A DNA stretch of 59,640 bases from Deltaproteobacteria bacterium (GCA_016283195.1 JAEEML010000144.1:1-59640), one strand, 5' to 3'. Shown: positions 1 to 8,669, counted from the stretch's first letter. The notes: generated from the sequence alone by a model not told the origin. Made by a program: numbers and translations.

Positions 1-2
1 AC

Positions 3-284
3 CTCCTGGCCGAGCTCAATTTCCAATATAAAAGGCCCAATGGCCTAAATCCGGAAAATGGCCTCCATGATCAGCCTTTTGCCTTTACCGCTGCTTTAAT
101 GCCCACTCTCTCCATGGGCTATGGCAGCTATGCCCGCCCGCAACTGCGCCTGGTATATGCTCTTACGGTGCTTAACGATGCCGCTATGCGCACTTATGCC
201 GCCCTCGATGCCCGGCGCGATCGCCGCGTGCAACACTGGCTCGGAATAAATTGCGAATGGTGGTTTAACAGTTCAAGGCACTAA
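3..284 (+). CDS. C-terminal part of a LamB/maltoporin-like carbohydrate porin (5' end outside window)
   Basis: Frame open from the window edge; RPQLRLVY and terminal G-x-N-C-E-W-W-F resemble the LamB-family C-terminus; directly upstream of an alpha-amylase. Confidence 0.65.
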   Translation, partial: LLAELNFQYKRPNGLNPENGLHDQPFAFTAALMPTLSMGYGSYARPQLRLVYALTVLNDAAMRTYAALDARRDRRVQHWLGINCEWWFNSSRH

Positions 285-295
285 GGAGGATCAAA

Positions 296-2347
296 ATGAA
301 AGCCAAATATTTTAATATTTTTGCCATGTTATTACTCTTAAGCCAGATGGCTTGCGTAACTCCCAAAGAAGTTGGCGGCGACCCGCACCTCACAAATAAT
401 GTGGTGGATTGGCGCGATGAAATTATTTACCAAGTGCTTATCGACCGCTTTGCCGACGGCGATTACAGCAATAATTATAATGTGGATACCGAAAACGATG
501 CCGGCTACCACGGCGGCGATTGGCAGGGGCTCATCGACAAACTTGATTACATTGCCGAGCTGGGCGTCACCACTCTCTGGATTTCGCCTGTGGTGAAAAA
601 TGTGGAAGAAGATGCCGGTTTTGCCAGTTACCACGGCTATTGGACACAAGATTTTGAAGCCACCAACCCGCACTTCGGCGACTTTACCATGCTGCGCAAA
701 ATGGTGGATGCCGCCCATGCCAAGGGCTTCAAAGTGGTGCTCGATATCGTGGTCAACCATGTGGGCCAGGCTTTTTATTATGACATCAATAAAAACGGCC
801 AGCCCGATGATTACTTCATCGGCCAGGGCTCACAAATTGGCCCCATCGGGCAAAACGATCCGGCCAGTGAGTTTTTGCGCATTCAGGAATGGGATCCCGA
901 TTTCAATATCGACGGCATTCAGGCTTGGACTTCCCTCGGCCCCTCCGGCGAAGCGCCGGCTATTTTTGTCAACTATCCGGCCATTAACCGCGTGCCGCCG
1001 CAGCCCTATCCCTTTGATCAGGACTGGGCCTATAACCGCAAAGGCCGTGTTACCGTGTGGACCACACCGGAAGTTTGCGGCTGCGAATCCTGGGGCTGCC
1101 CCTGGGACAACGAATGTCTGCGCAAACAAGAAACTCTGGGTGATTTCCCAGGCGGCTTAAAAGATATCAACACCAAAGATAAAACCGTGCGTGAAACTTT
1201 AATCGGCATTTTCTCCCGCTGGATCGATATCGGCGATTTCGACGGCTTCCGCATCGACACCTTAAAACATGTGGAGCACGATTATTTCTCTAATCCGGAA
1301 AACGGCTTTTGCCCGAACATCCGCAAACATGCCAAAGAGTTTGGCAAAGACAATTTCTTTATGTTTGGCGAAGCTTTCGACGGCAACGACAACCTTTTGG
1401 GCTCTTATACCCAGGGCGAAGGCGTGGACAGCGTCTTTTACTTTTCACAATATTATACGGTGTTTAGAGGTGCCATGCTGGGTAACGGCGACCGCACCTG
1501 CGAGATTGCCCGCCTGCACTGCCGGCGTAAAGGCTGCAGCAGTGACCCCTGCGGCGGCGGCGATGATTTTACTCAGCCAGTTTATAACAATGTTGGCAAA
1601 ACCAATGGCCCAACCAGCGAAGACGGCCAACTCTTAAACTCTCAGCAACTGGTAGTAAACTTTATTGAAAACCACGATGTGGGCCGCCTGGCTTTCTTTA
1701 TGGGTGCCGGCTGGAGCGATGATCTCAGAATGCAAGTTATCAAACAGGCTCTTGCCTACCTCATGTTTACCGAGGGCATCCCCTGCCTCTATTACGGCGT
1801 GGAACAAGGCTTCACCGGCGGTAACGACCCGGCCAACCGCGAGACCATGTGGCTGGATCGCAACTACACCACTCAGGAATTTAAAGACGGCCATTATCAA
1901 AGCGTCATGAAGAGCTATGACAGCACCGGCGACGGCATGAATGACACAGTCTGGCAGCCTTATGACACTAAAAACCCCTACTTTACCTGGATTAAGCAGC
2001 TAACTGCCATCAGAAAAGCCCATCTTGAGCTCTCACGCGGCGATTTTAATACCACTTACAGCACCACCGGCAGTAGCGGCAAAGACCACGGCATTTACGC
2101 TTTTGAGCGCACTTATGCCGGCAAAACCGCCGTTGCTGTCTTTAACTTTGATATGAATCAGGTAAGTGAAACCAGCGACGGCACCCAAAGTATGGCTGTC
2201 ACCGCCACTCCGGGCACCACCTTTACCGATGCTCTCGATAGTAGCTACACCGCCACTGTCACCTCCGGCGGCTGCCCGGCCAAAGCCGGCCAGGGCTGCT
2301 TAAATGTTTCTGTCCCATCCCGCGGCGTGCGTCTCCTGCTTTACTAA
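296..2347 (+). CDS. GH13 alpha-amylase family lipoprotein
   Basis: Lipobox-like QMAC; motifs YHGYW, DIVVNH, GFRIDTLKH (nucleophile), GEAF (acid/base), FIENHD; SD GGAGG. Confidence 0.92.
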   Translation: MKAKYFNIFAMLLLLSQMACVTPKEVGGDPHLTNNVVDWRDEIIYQVLIDRFADGDYSNNYNVDTENDAGYHGGDWQGLIDKLDYIAELGVTTLWISPVVKNVEEDAGFASYHGYWTQDFEATNPHFGDFTMLRKMVDAAHAKGFKVVLDIVVNHVGQAFYYDINKNGQPDDYFIGQGSQIGPIGQNDPASEFLRIQEWDPDFNIDGIQAWTSLGPSGEAPAIFVNYPAINRVPPQPYPFDQDWAYNRKGRVTVWTTPEVCGCESWGCPWDNECLRKQETLGDFPGGLKDINTKDKTVRETLIGIFSRWIDIGDFDGFRIDTLKHVEHDYFSNPENGFCPNIRKHAKEFGKDNFFMFGEAFDGNDNLLGSYTQGEGVDSVFYFSQYYTVFRGAMLGNGDRTCEIARLHCRRKGCSSDPCGGGDDFTQPVYNNVGKTNGPTSEDGQLLNSQQLVVNFIENHDVGRLAFFMGAGWSDDLRMQVIKQALAYLMFTEGIPCLYYGVEQGFTGGNDPANRETMWLDRNYTTQEFKDGHYQSVMKSYDSTGDGMNDTVWQPYDTKNPYFTWIKQLTAIRKAHLELSRGDFNTTYSTTGSSGKDHGIYAFERTYAGKTAVAVFNFDMNQVSETSDGTQSMAVTATPGTTFTDALDSSYTATVTSGGCPAKAGQGCLNVSVPSRGVRLLLY

Positions 2348-2387
2348 ACCTTAAGCTGTTAGGCCAAGATATACTCAAAGTTAGTTA

Positions 2388-2468
2388 GCTCCTCTGCCTG
2401 CGGCGCCCTCACCAAGGCCGTCAGAGCCAATTCTTACCGCGCGCTCCTCTGCCTGCGGCGCCCTCACC
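2388..2468. repeat. Perfect 26-nt direct repeat GCTCCTCTGCCTGCGGCGCCCTCACC (2388-2413, 2443-2468)
   Basis: Read directly; 29-nt spacer. Confidence 0.85.
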
Positions 2469-2525
2469 CCACAAGTCGTGGAAATTTGGCAGCTCGCCCT
2501 CTCCATTTTCACAAATAGAGAGGGC
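2443..2525 (-). repeat. REP-like palindromic element, related to 59408-59482
   Basis: GCCTGCGGCGCCCTCACCCC plus hairpin GCCCTCTCCATTT...AAATAGAGAGGGC matches the reverse complement of the 59.4 kb element. Confidence 0.7.
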
Positions 2526-2579
2526 TCATCTATTTGAATTTACATGCTTTCTATAAACAACTACCGAGTCAGAGCCCGG

Positions 2580-2652
2580 GCCGGGGCGGCAGCCCCGGCT
2601 AAGCCAGAGGCGGCTACCCAGATCCGGTCTCAAGTGTGGCCTCTGGCTTTTA
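2580..2652 (+). other. Two GC-rich hairpins (terminator or structured RNA)
   Basis: 8-bp stem GCCGGGGC/GCCCCGGC with GGCA loop; 11-bp stem AAGCCAGAGGC/GCCTCTGGCTT running into a T-tract; between convergent genes. Confidence 0.5.
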
Positions 2653-2872
2653 AGACAAAACAGGAGAGATATATTTTGTAACATGCCATAAATTCCAATA
2701 TGAGCCAGACACCAAAAATCCGCGCGGGGCACCCAAAACTCAGATCTTAAAATTTATTTTATCTTAAAAAACATGGAGTTAATTTTTGGGAGGAGAGCAT
2801 GTGGCAAAAACAGGAAAGCAGGATCTTCCTAGGCTTTATCATCAGAACTCACGCGCACCGCTACAATTACTT

Positions 2873-3739
2873 TTAATCACCATGGTTCTTTTTCCATATA
2901 CGGCTTTGCAACGTTGAGGGATACGAATCACCGGCTAAAAAATACCAAGCGTAGCTACTTAAAAAACTGTCATCACCGAAAGCATCATTTAGCCACTCCA
3001 GCGGACCGCGCAAAATGCCATCAACTTTCATGCGAAAATCGGATTTCACTTTAAATTTGCGCACATAATTAAGGCAGGCGTCATCGTTATATTCTCGCGT
3101 GAAATTGCAAGTGATTTTAGAAACATAAGAATTTTTCTCCCAAGGTAGCAAATATATTTTGGTCCTTATGAGGGTAACATCTTTTTCTCCTCCATCTTTA
3201 AGAGGCAATTTGTGGTGTTCTTTTATTAAAGTTAAAATAAAGGCACTTGTTCCAAGTAGATCTTTTTCTTTCTTCAAAGTATATTGGCTATACTTACCTG
3301 TTGATAGCTGATATTCTGCCTCCCTGCGAAGGTTGCCTTCATTAAGTTCTCCATTCCATCTATGCATAAACTTGCTATTATCCTTCTCATGATCAGGAAT
3401 ATCAAACATAACAGAATCAATAGTTTCGCTTCCAGGATTGACGGAAATCACATCACTTATCTTACTTTTACCATGCCAGTCAATAAATTGATAAGGCGCC
3501 ATATTTTCTCGAAAATAGTGATTATATGTTTCATCGATATATATATAAGTGTCCCCATATAGCGGGAAAGCGTAATCCCAGCCATCAGGCACCGGCACCA
3601 TATAATAACTATAATTTAAGAAATAATTAAGCAGATGTGATGAAGAAGTTACCGGCACTTCTCCTGGCTCAGGAGCAGGTGTAGAGCATGCAGGAGCTAT
3701 GAGAGATAAAATTAGGCATATTTTAAATAAAGACTTCAT
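2873..3739 (-). CDS. Lipoprotein of unknown function, putative orphan immunity protein; paralogue of 4058-4987
   Basis: Lipobox-like APAC; shares YNDDACLNYxRKFK and PGE(V/I)P(V/I) with 4058-4987. Confidence 0.7.
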   Translation of the reverse strand: MKSLFKICLILSLIAPACSTPAPEPGEVPVTSSSHLLNYFLNYSYYMVPVPDGWDYAFPLYGDTYIYIDETYNHYFRENMAPYQFIDWHGKSKISDVISVNPGSETIDSVMFDIPDHEKDNSKFMHRWNGELNEGNLRREAEYQLSTGKYSQYTLKKEKDLLGTSAFILTLIKEHHKLPLKDGGEKDVTLIRTKIYLLPWEKNSYVSKITCNFTREYNDDACLNYVRKFKVKSDFRMKVDGILRGPLEWLNDAFGDDSFLSSYAWYFLAGDSYPSTLQSRIWKKNHGD

Positions 3740-3769
3740 AATTCACTACCTTTTTGTTTTTTTATGGCT

Positions 3770-3952
3770 TCAGTATTCATACTGAGCCCCCTTAGGATAA
3801 GGCACGGTAATACTTACGCCTCCCCATTCAGCACCTTTTACATAGTGGGAAATTGCTATTTCGCCAACTTCCGCCTCATCTTCAGAGCAGGCAGGCAGCA
3901 GTAATAGAGCCCCAAAGAGCAAAGCAAAGGCGGATAGTAATTTAGCTTTCAT
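3770..3952 (-). pseudogene. Truncated third paralogue of the lipoprotein family (N-terminus only)
   Basis: LPAC lipobox; GEIAISHY...VPYPKGAQYEY aligns with GEIPIASY...IPFPAKAHYEC; stops after 60 aa. Confidence 0.65.
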
Positions 3953-4057
3953 TGTGCACCTTCTTGAACAGTATTCAAATTATCCTTAAACTCCTTATGT
4001 AATACCATTCCTTCAGTCAGAATGTTTGCTTCACCGGCCCCCTGCTGGTTTAGCGCA
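3949..4057 (-). pseudogene. Remnant homologous to part of the 4984-6333 protein
   Basis: NILTEGMVLHKEFKDN vs NLLTEGMALHKEVKEN, also visible at DNA level (about 3985-4027 vs 5400-5443); ATGA overlap with the next lipoprotein start. Confidence 0.65.
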
Positions 4058-4987
4058 CTACTGCTGCTTAGAATTGGGATATGTATACAAATAACACTCC
4101 TCGCCCATATCGCCATCCACAACGTTTTTGGCATATCTCTGAAGATGTTTAACCAAAGCTGATTCAGAGCGAATTGTTTGGATAAAAAACGCGTGATTAA
4201 ATGCTTCCCAATAAACCTGGAAATCAGATACTAATTTAAATTTCCTGGCATAATTCAGGCAGGCGTCATCATTATATTTTCTGGTAGTAAGACAGGTTAT
4301 TACCACTGTACCGGTGTTCATCTTATTGACAGCTGGTATATAGATAGAAGTCTCTTTAAGGGTAGTTTCTTCTGTTGAGCCATCATCGAGGAGTACCGGA
4401 TATGAATCTTTTATCAAAGTGCCAACATAGGCATCATTACCCAGCCAAGTGGTTTTTTTATACTCAAAACGGTCATATTCTCCTTGCGCTATGCGATAAT
4501 CGGCTGAGGCTCGAATCTTCTTTTCAAAAAAGCGCTTTTCTCCAATTTTTTCTTTTTCTGAGTAATCAAAATCTTTACCTAATTTAAATTCATGTACATA
4601 GTCATTTGGTGGCTCAATAGTTCTATTAATAGCAATAGCATCTATATGAGGAGGCAGATACTGTCCGTTCTTAGTTAATGACTTTTGGATGGCCCATTCA
4701 CGAGTAAGTGGGTGTTTATTGCCTTCCAACAGAAAAGCATAGTCAAAAGGTGGTATTTTTTCTGTTAAAAAGGCGGTTCTTTCAATTGGAAAAGTTTGCT
4801 CATAACGGCACTCATAGTGGGCTTTGGCTGGAAAGGGAATGAGTAAATTTGTTCTAGTACTTTCAAAAGCTCGGTGATAGCTAGCTATAGGTATTTCCCC
4901 AGGCCCATCGGGAATATCTTCGTTGCCACAAGAGGTTAAAACAAGCAACATACCAATAATTAAAGCATAACGGCCTATTGATTTCAT
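4058..4987 (-). CDS. Lipoprotein of unknown function, putative cognate immunity protein
   Basis: Lipobox LTSC; 4-nt ATGA overlap with the upstream gene; paralogue of 2873-3739. Confidence 0.7.
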   Translation of the reverse strand: MKSIGRYALIIGMLLVLTSCGNEDIPDGPGEIPIASYHRAFESTRTNLLIPFPAKAHYECRYEQTFPIERTAFLTEKIPPFDYAFLLEGNKHPLTREWAIQKSLTKNGQYLPPHIDAIAINRTIEPPNDYVHEFKLGKDFDYSEKEKIGEKRFFEKKIRASADYRIAQGEYDRFEYKKTTWLGNDAYVGTLIKDSYPVLLDDGSTEETTLKETSIYIPAVNKMNTGTVVITCLTTRKYNDDACLNYARKFKLVSDFQVYWEAFNHAFFIQTIRSESALVKHLQRYAKNVVDGDMGEECYLYTYPNSKQQ

Positions 4988-6333
4988 ACTATATCACCGT
5001 AGCCAACTTGGGCTTTTTTTGCCTCCAGAGCATTTAACAAATCACCAAGTGTTTGTTCGATTATTTCATCAGAATGGTAGCCATCAGGAATATATTTTTG
5101 CACTATCTCAGAGAGAGCTGGCATTAATATCGCTTTAAGTTCTTCTTTATTTTCAATAGGTATTTTATCAAGAGGATTTAACTTTTCTAACTTGGAAAGA
5201 ATAACTTCTTCCACCCCTATAGTTATGATTTTGGCCGTATTCTCTTGGGTGCTCAATTCGTTACTTCCTGCGCGAGATATAGCTTCAGCAGTTTTTATAG
5301 CCACAGAAGATATGGGCAGCAAAAGCTCTGGTAAAGCAGCTGCTATGCCAACTCCAGTGGCCATGCCGCCCATAATGTTATAAATCATATTCCAGTTTTC
5401 TTTAACCTCTTTGTGTAAAGCCATTCCTTCAGTGAGAAGATTTTTATCACGAAGTAACACCCCAAATTCTAAGGCCTTTTTCTGCAAAGAATGAGGGTAT
5501 TCTTCTATCCAAAGTTTTGGATCGTTTGTCGCAATAGTATTTACACCAGCATTTTTATACCCAGCTCCATATGCTTGGCTAAAGCTTTTAGCATGTTCTA
5601 AGCGTTTGTTTTCAGCAGGCGAAAGCTCGTTTTTCTTGCCAAGATCAGCTATATCCGCATTGGCTTTATCTAAAAGTTCTTGCGCTGTGTGGCGGCAAAG
5701 CGCCTTTGAAGCGCCCATTGCCAGTTCTTTGGCAAATTTCTGTGACAAGTTATTAATTTTTTTCTTTTCGACTGGAGTTTTTTGCTGATAACCTTTTTTT
5801 TGCTGAAAGGCATGCTGCAGTAAAAAAGTAAGATCTTCTATGGTGCAGTCTTTAAACTGTTTATAAAAACCTATTTCATTGTATTTGACTGCTTGCGTTA
5901 TGATGCCGCCTATTTGCGATGGCCTTTCTAGTTTACTTACCAACTCTTCTGCCACCTTGGCAACATCAGAATGCAGGAGTTCTTGCTGATGTTGGGTTAT
6001 TAGAGTAGCTTCTATCTTATTATCTGCATTGTTGTCCTTGTTGTTAAAAATTTTTTTGAACATGGAGCGCAGAGAATTTTCCGAATCTGACTTAATACCG
6101 CAATTAAGACTGGTTTGGCACTGTTTGTCATTGCCAATAAGCAGATTATTTGGCGTTTCATTTATTATCAACATATCTATGGAATCAGGTTGGCGACATG
6201 CTGGGGTACTCTTCTGGCAATTTGGAGAGGCCTTCGTTTGCTTGTTGTCTGTTTTCAGAAAATTGTCTTGTTCAATATTGCAAAATGGAGAATAGCCATT
6301 TGTACTTGGTGATTGTCCAATAGAATTATTCAT
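4984..6333 (-). CDS. Hypothetical helical protein, candidate effector/toxin
   Basis: 449-aa AT-rich ORF with GAGG SD; S/N/P/Q-rich N-terminus, no signal peptide; Gly/Ala-rich hydrophobic segment IMGGMATGVGIAAALPELLLPI. Toxin role inferred from context only. Confidence 0.6.
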   Translation of the reverse strand: MNNSIGQSPSTNGYSPFCNIEQDNFLKTDNKQTKASPNCQKSTPACRQPDSIDMLIINETPNNLLIGNDKQCQTSLNCGIKSDSENSLRSMFKKIFNNKDNNADNKIEATLITQHQQELLHSDVAKVAEELVSKLERPSQIGGIITQAVKYNEIGFYKQFKDCTIEDLTFLLQHAFQQKKGYQQKTPVEKKKINNLSQKFAKELAMGASKALCRHTAQELLDKANADIADLGKKNELSPAENKRLEHAKSFSQAYGAGYKNAGVNTIATNDPKLWIEEYPHSLQKKALEFGVLLRDKNLLTEGMALHKEVKENWNMIYNIMGGMATGVGIAAALPELLLPISSVAIKTAEAISRAGSNELSTQENTAKIITIGVEEVILSKLEKLNPLDKIPIENKEELKAILMPALSEIVQKYIPDGYHSDEIIEQTLGDLLNALEAKKAQVGYGDIV

Positions 6334-6392
6334 CTTGATACCTCAATTTTATCATGTGGTTGTAATAGCACAGGTTCACATAAATAAGCTGA

Positions 6393-7895
6393 TTACATAT
6401 TCCGGCGCCAGATTTTCACCACATAATATGGGGCAATATGTCTATATGCCGTTCCACTACCAGTAGAAGTGACAGTAACAGAACCACTCGGTTTGGCAGA
6501 CATAGTAAAGTTATAAAGCTTGTAACCAGAACCGGAGTTTCGGCTCCATTCTATATTGCCTGCTTCTGTCGAAAAAACACCTGTTGTGCCACTGGGTGTA
6601 GTATTTTGATCAGAACGCCCTACAAGTCCACCAAAGGTACCTTTAATTTGATTGCCGCTAAATGTAGCCGTATGTGTATGTGAAGGCAGATTGGCTTCTG
6701 ACAAAGTAATGTTATTGGTTCCGCCCTCTTTTCGAACGGCACTATATTCAGTAATGCCATTAATTTGTCCAACCAAAGTTGCGCCCTGAGCAATTTCAAT
6801 CCAATTGCCACCAAACTTAGTGTTTGGGTGGTCATTTGTTACTGAAATATATACACTGCCAACCGGATAGATAAGGTCAACCAGAGCGGCTTTTAGCTTT
6901 TTCTGATCCAGCTTGGCCACATCGATAGCTGCATCATCGGCAATATCGATGTTTTTTATAGTTCCATCTGTTATTTTAGCAGAAGTAATAGAATTATCGG
7001 CTATTTGAAATGTAGGAATAGCCCCACTGGCTATGTTTACCGCCTGAATACAGCCTTTACATTCCAAAGCATAGGCTATGGTGGCTTTATCGGCTAAAGT
7101 GGCCGTGTCGGCTTTGGTGGCCGTGTCGGCTAAAGTAGCTTTATCGGCTAAAGTGGCCGTGTCAGCTAAAGTAGCCCTATCTGCTATAATAGCTTTGGTT
7201 GCTGTGTCAGCTAAAGTAGCTTTATCGGCTGTCGTAGCTTTATCGGCTATCGTAGCTTTATCGGCCTTAAGTGCGCTATCGGCTGTAGTAGCTTTATCGG
7301 CCTTAAGTGCGCTATCGGCTGTAGTAGCTTTATCTGCTGTAGTAGCCTTATCGGCTTCCAAGGCCTTATCAGCTGTAGTAGCCTTATCAGCTGTAGTAGC
7401 CTTATCGGCTGTGGTAGCTTTATCGGCTGTGGTAGCTTTATCGGCTGTGGTAGCTTCATCGGCCTTAAGTGCGCTATCGGCACTGGTGGCGTGCCCGGCT
7501 TCCACAGCTTCATCGGCCAGCTCGGCTTTGGCAGCCACAATAGCATACGGCATTGCTCTTATAGCTATGCGCGGTTTTAATACTTCTTCACCAATTTTAA
7601 TGCCCAAATAAAGCTCTTTAGCGCTAGCAATTTTATCGACATCTATGCCATCTATCGTGATTGCATAAAATCCATTCTTTACTGTTACTACATCGCGCTT
7701 ACCACAAAGCGCTTCGGCATTATCATCACTGCCTGAATAAATTGTGGCCTCGATAGTGCGATCAACATCGTTAATAGGCTGTCCGTTTTGCATAATGCGG
7801 CCCTGATGGGTAAAAGAGAGCGGAACTCCGGCATAGGCCGGCGCTGCTATCCCAATAAGAGATACAATAACAGCTAAAAAACATACCTTATTCAT
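6393..7895 (-). CDS. Secreted phage-tail-fibre-like protein (fibre 1)
   Basis: Signal peptide ending AYA; N-domain VPLSFTHQG...PYAIVA; ADKATT repeats; C-terminal IYPVGSVYIS...PYYVVKIWRR typical of phage baseplate/tail-fibre tip domains. Confidence 0.8.
   Translation of the reverse strand: MNKVCFLAVIVSLIGIAAPAYAGVPLSFTHQGRIMQNGQPINDVDRTIEATIYSGSDDNAEALCGKRDVVTVKNGFYAITIDGIDVDKIASAKELYLGIKIGEEVLKPRIAIRAMPYAIVAAKAELADEAVEAGHATSADSALKADEATTADKATTADKATTADKATTADKATTADKALEADKATTADKATTADSALKADKATTADSALKADKATIADKATTADKATLADTATKAIIADRATLADTATLADKATLADTATKADTATLADKATIAYALECKGCIQAVNIASGAIPTFQIADNSITSAKITDGTIKNIDIADDAAIDVAKLDQKKLKAALVDLIYPVGSVYISVTNDHPNTKFGGNWIEIAQGATLVGQINGITEYSAVRKEGGTNNITLSEANLPSHTHTATFSGNQIKGTFGGLVGRSDQNTTPSGTTGVFSTEAGNIEWSRNSGSGYKLYNFTMSAKPSGSVTVTSTGSGTAYRHIAPYYVVKIWRRNM
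7075..7485 (-). repeat. 18-nt coding tandem repeat array (ADKATT/ADSALK/ADTATL)
   Basis: Repeated units such as GCTTTATCGGCTGTGGTA, roughly 20 or more. Confidence 0.92.
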
Positions 7896-7916
7896 AAAAA
7901 ACCTCCTTATGGTTTA

Positions 7917-8603
7917 TTAATTCCAAGAGCCGTTACTTATAGTAACCGTGAGACCGTTGCTACCTTCCATAATGCCTGTGCCAACACCTTCAACCACTTC
8001 AACAGCAATATCACCAGCAGCATTCTCAAAACGTCCGCCCATTGGCGTAAGTACATAAGCGGAACTGCCGCGGGCGGTTTGGGCAAATACCGTGGTAAAC
8101 GAGGAGACAAATGGCTGAGATAACGGAATATAACTGCGTGATCTAAGTAATTCATTTATAGTCAACTGGTAGGTTGAGCCGCTTTTTAAGAGATTATTGG
8201 TTTTTATTAAAAGTTTATCTTCCAGTACTTCAACCGAGAGCGGCACGCTTTCGTTCTGAGTGCGTTTTAAACTAACAGCGCTGGAGGCATCTTCGGCCGA
8301 AAGCGGGGCGCTAAAACGCACCGTAATAAGCTGCGTAGTCAGCGGCACATTTTGGGCACCGTCAAAGGGCTCCACTGCGGTCACACAAAAATCAGCATAT
8401 TTGCGGCAAAAATTATTCTCGCAGCGATTACATACCCCCGGGCAATCAGAGGGAACTTTGCAAAGCCGCCCCTCCGGGCATACCCCATTGGGACATGTCT
8501 CTTCCGGTGCTTCTCCGCTATATGTCGGTGGGGTACTGCATGAAACACAGGTTAACGAAAAAACGAAAACAAAGGCACAAAAGCCATAGCGCGTGGTGCT
8601 CAT
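7917..8603 (-). CDS. Cys-rich lipoprotein with Ig-like (Big_5-type) domain and C-terminal GSW tail; partner of fibre 1
   Basis: Lipobox-like VSC; Cys cluster; VTAVEPFDGAQNVPL...ITVRFSAPL...YQLTI Big_5-like pattern; ends TISNGSWN. Confidence 0.72.
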   Translation of the reverse strand: MSTTRYGFCAFVFVFSLTCVSCSTPPTYSGEAPEETCPNGVCPEGRLCKVPSDCPGVCNRCENNFCRKYADFCVTAVEPFDGAQNVPLTTQLITVRFSAPLSAEDASSAVSLKRTQNESVPLSVEVLEDKLLIKTNNLLKSGSTYQLTINELLRSRSYIPLSQPFVSSFTTVFAQTARGSSAYVLTPMGGRFENAAGDIAVEVVEGVGTGIMEGSNGLTVTISNGSWN

Positions 8604-8639
8604 CTCGTCCTCCTTTGGTGCATTGGAAAACTGCGGCGG

Positions 8640-8669
8640 AGTATATAGCTCTGGATTTTAAATTGTCAA
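8640..8669 (-). promoter_or_regulatory. Sigma70-like promoter of fibre module 1
   Basis: Minus strand TTGACA-N18-TATACT (or N16-TATATA). Confidence 0.6.

Noticed and set aside
2388-2468. CRISPR array (26-nt repeat, 29-nt spacer)
   Set aside because: Only two repeats, no cas genes, and the repeat is part of the REP-like element also seen at 59.4 kb
7078-7611. Antisense ORF with VVALSA repeats, and similar shadow ORFs (14348-14620, 18559-19146, 22963-23592, 31653-32273, 35775-36464)
   Set aside because: Reverse-frame shadows of well-supported genes or repeats
6393-7895. Prophage or tailocin
   Set aside because: Fibre genes carry signal peptides, and no capsid, sheath, tube, terminase or lysis genes are nearby; the same applies to 46603-48171
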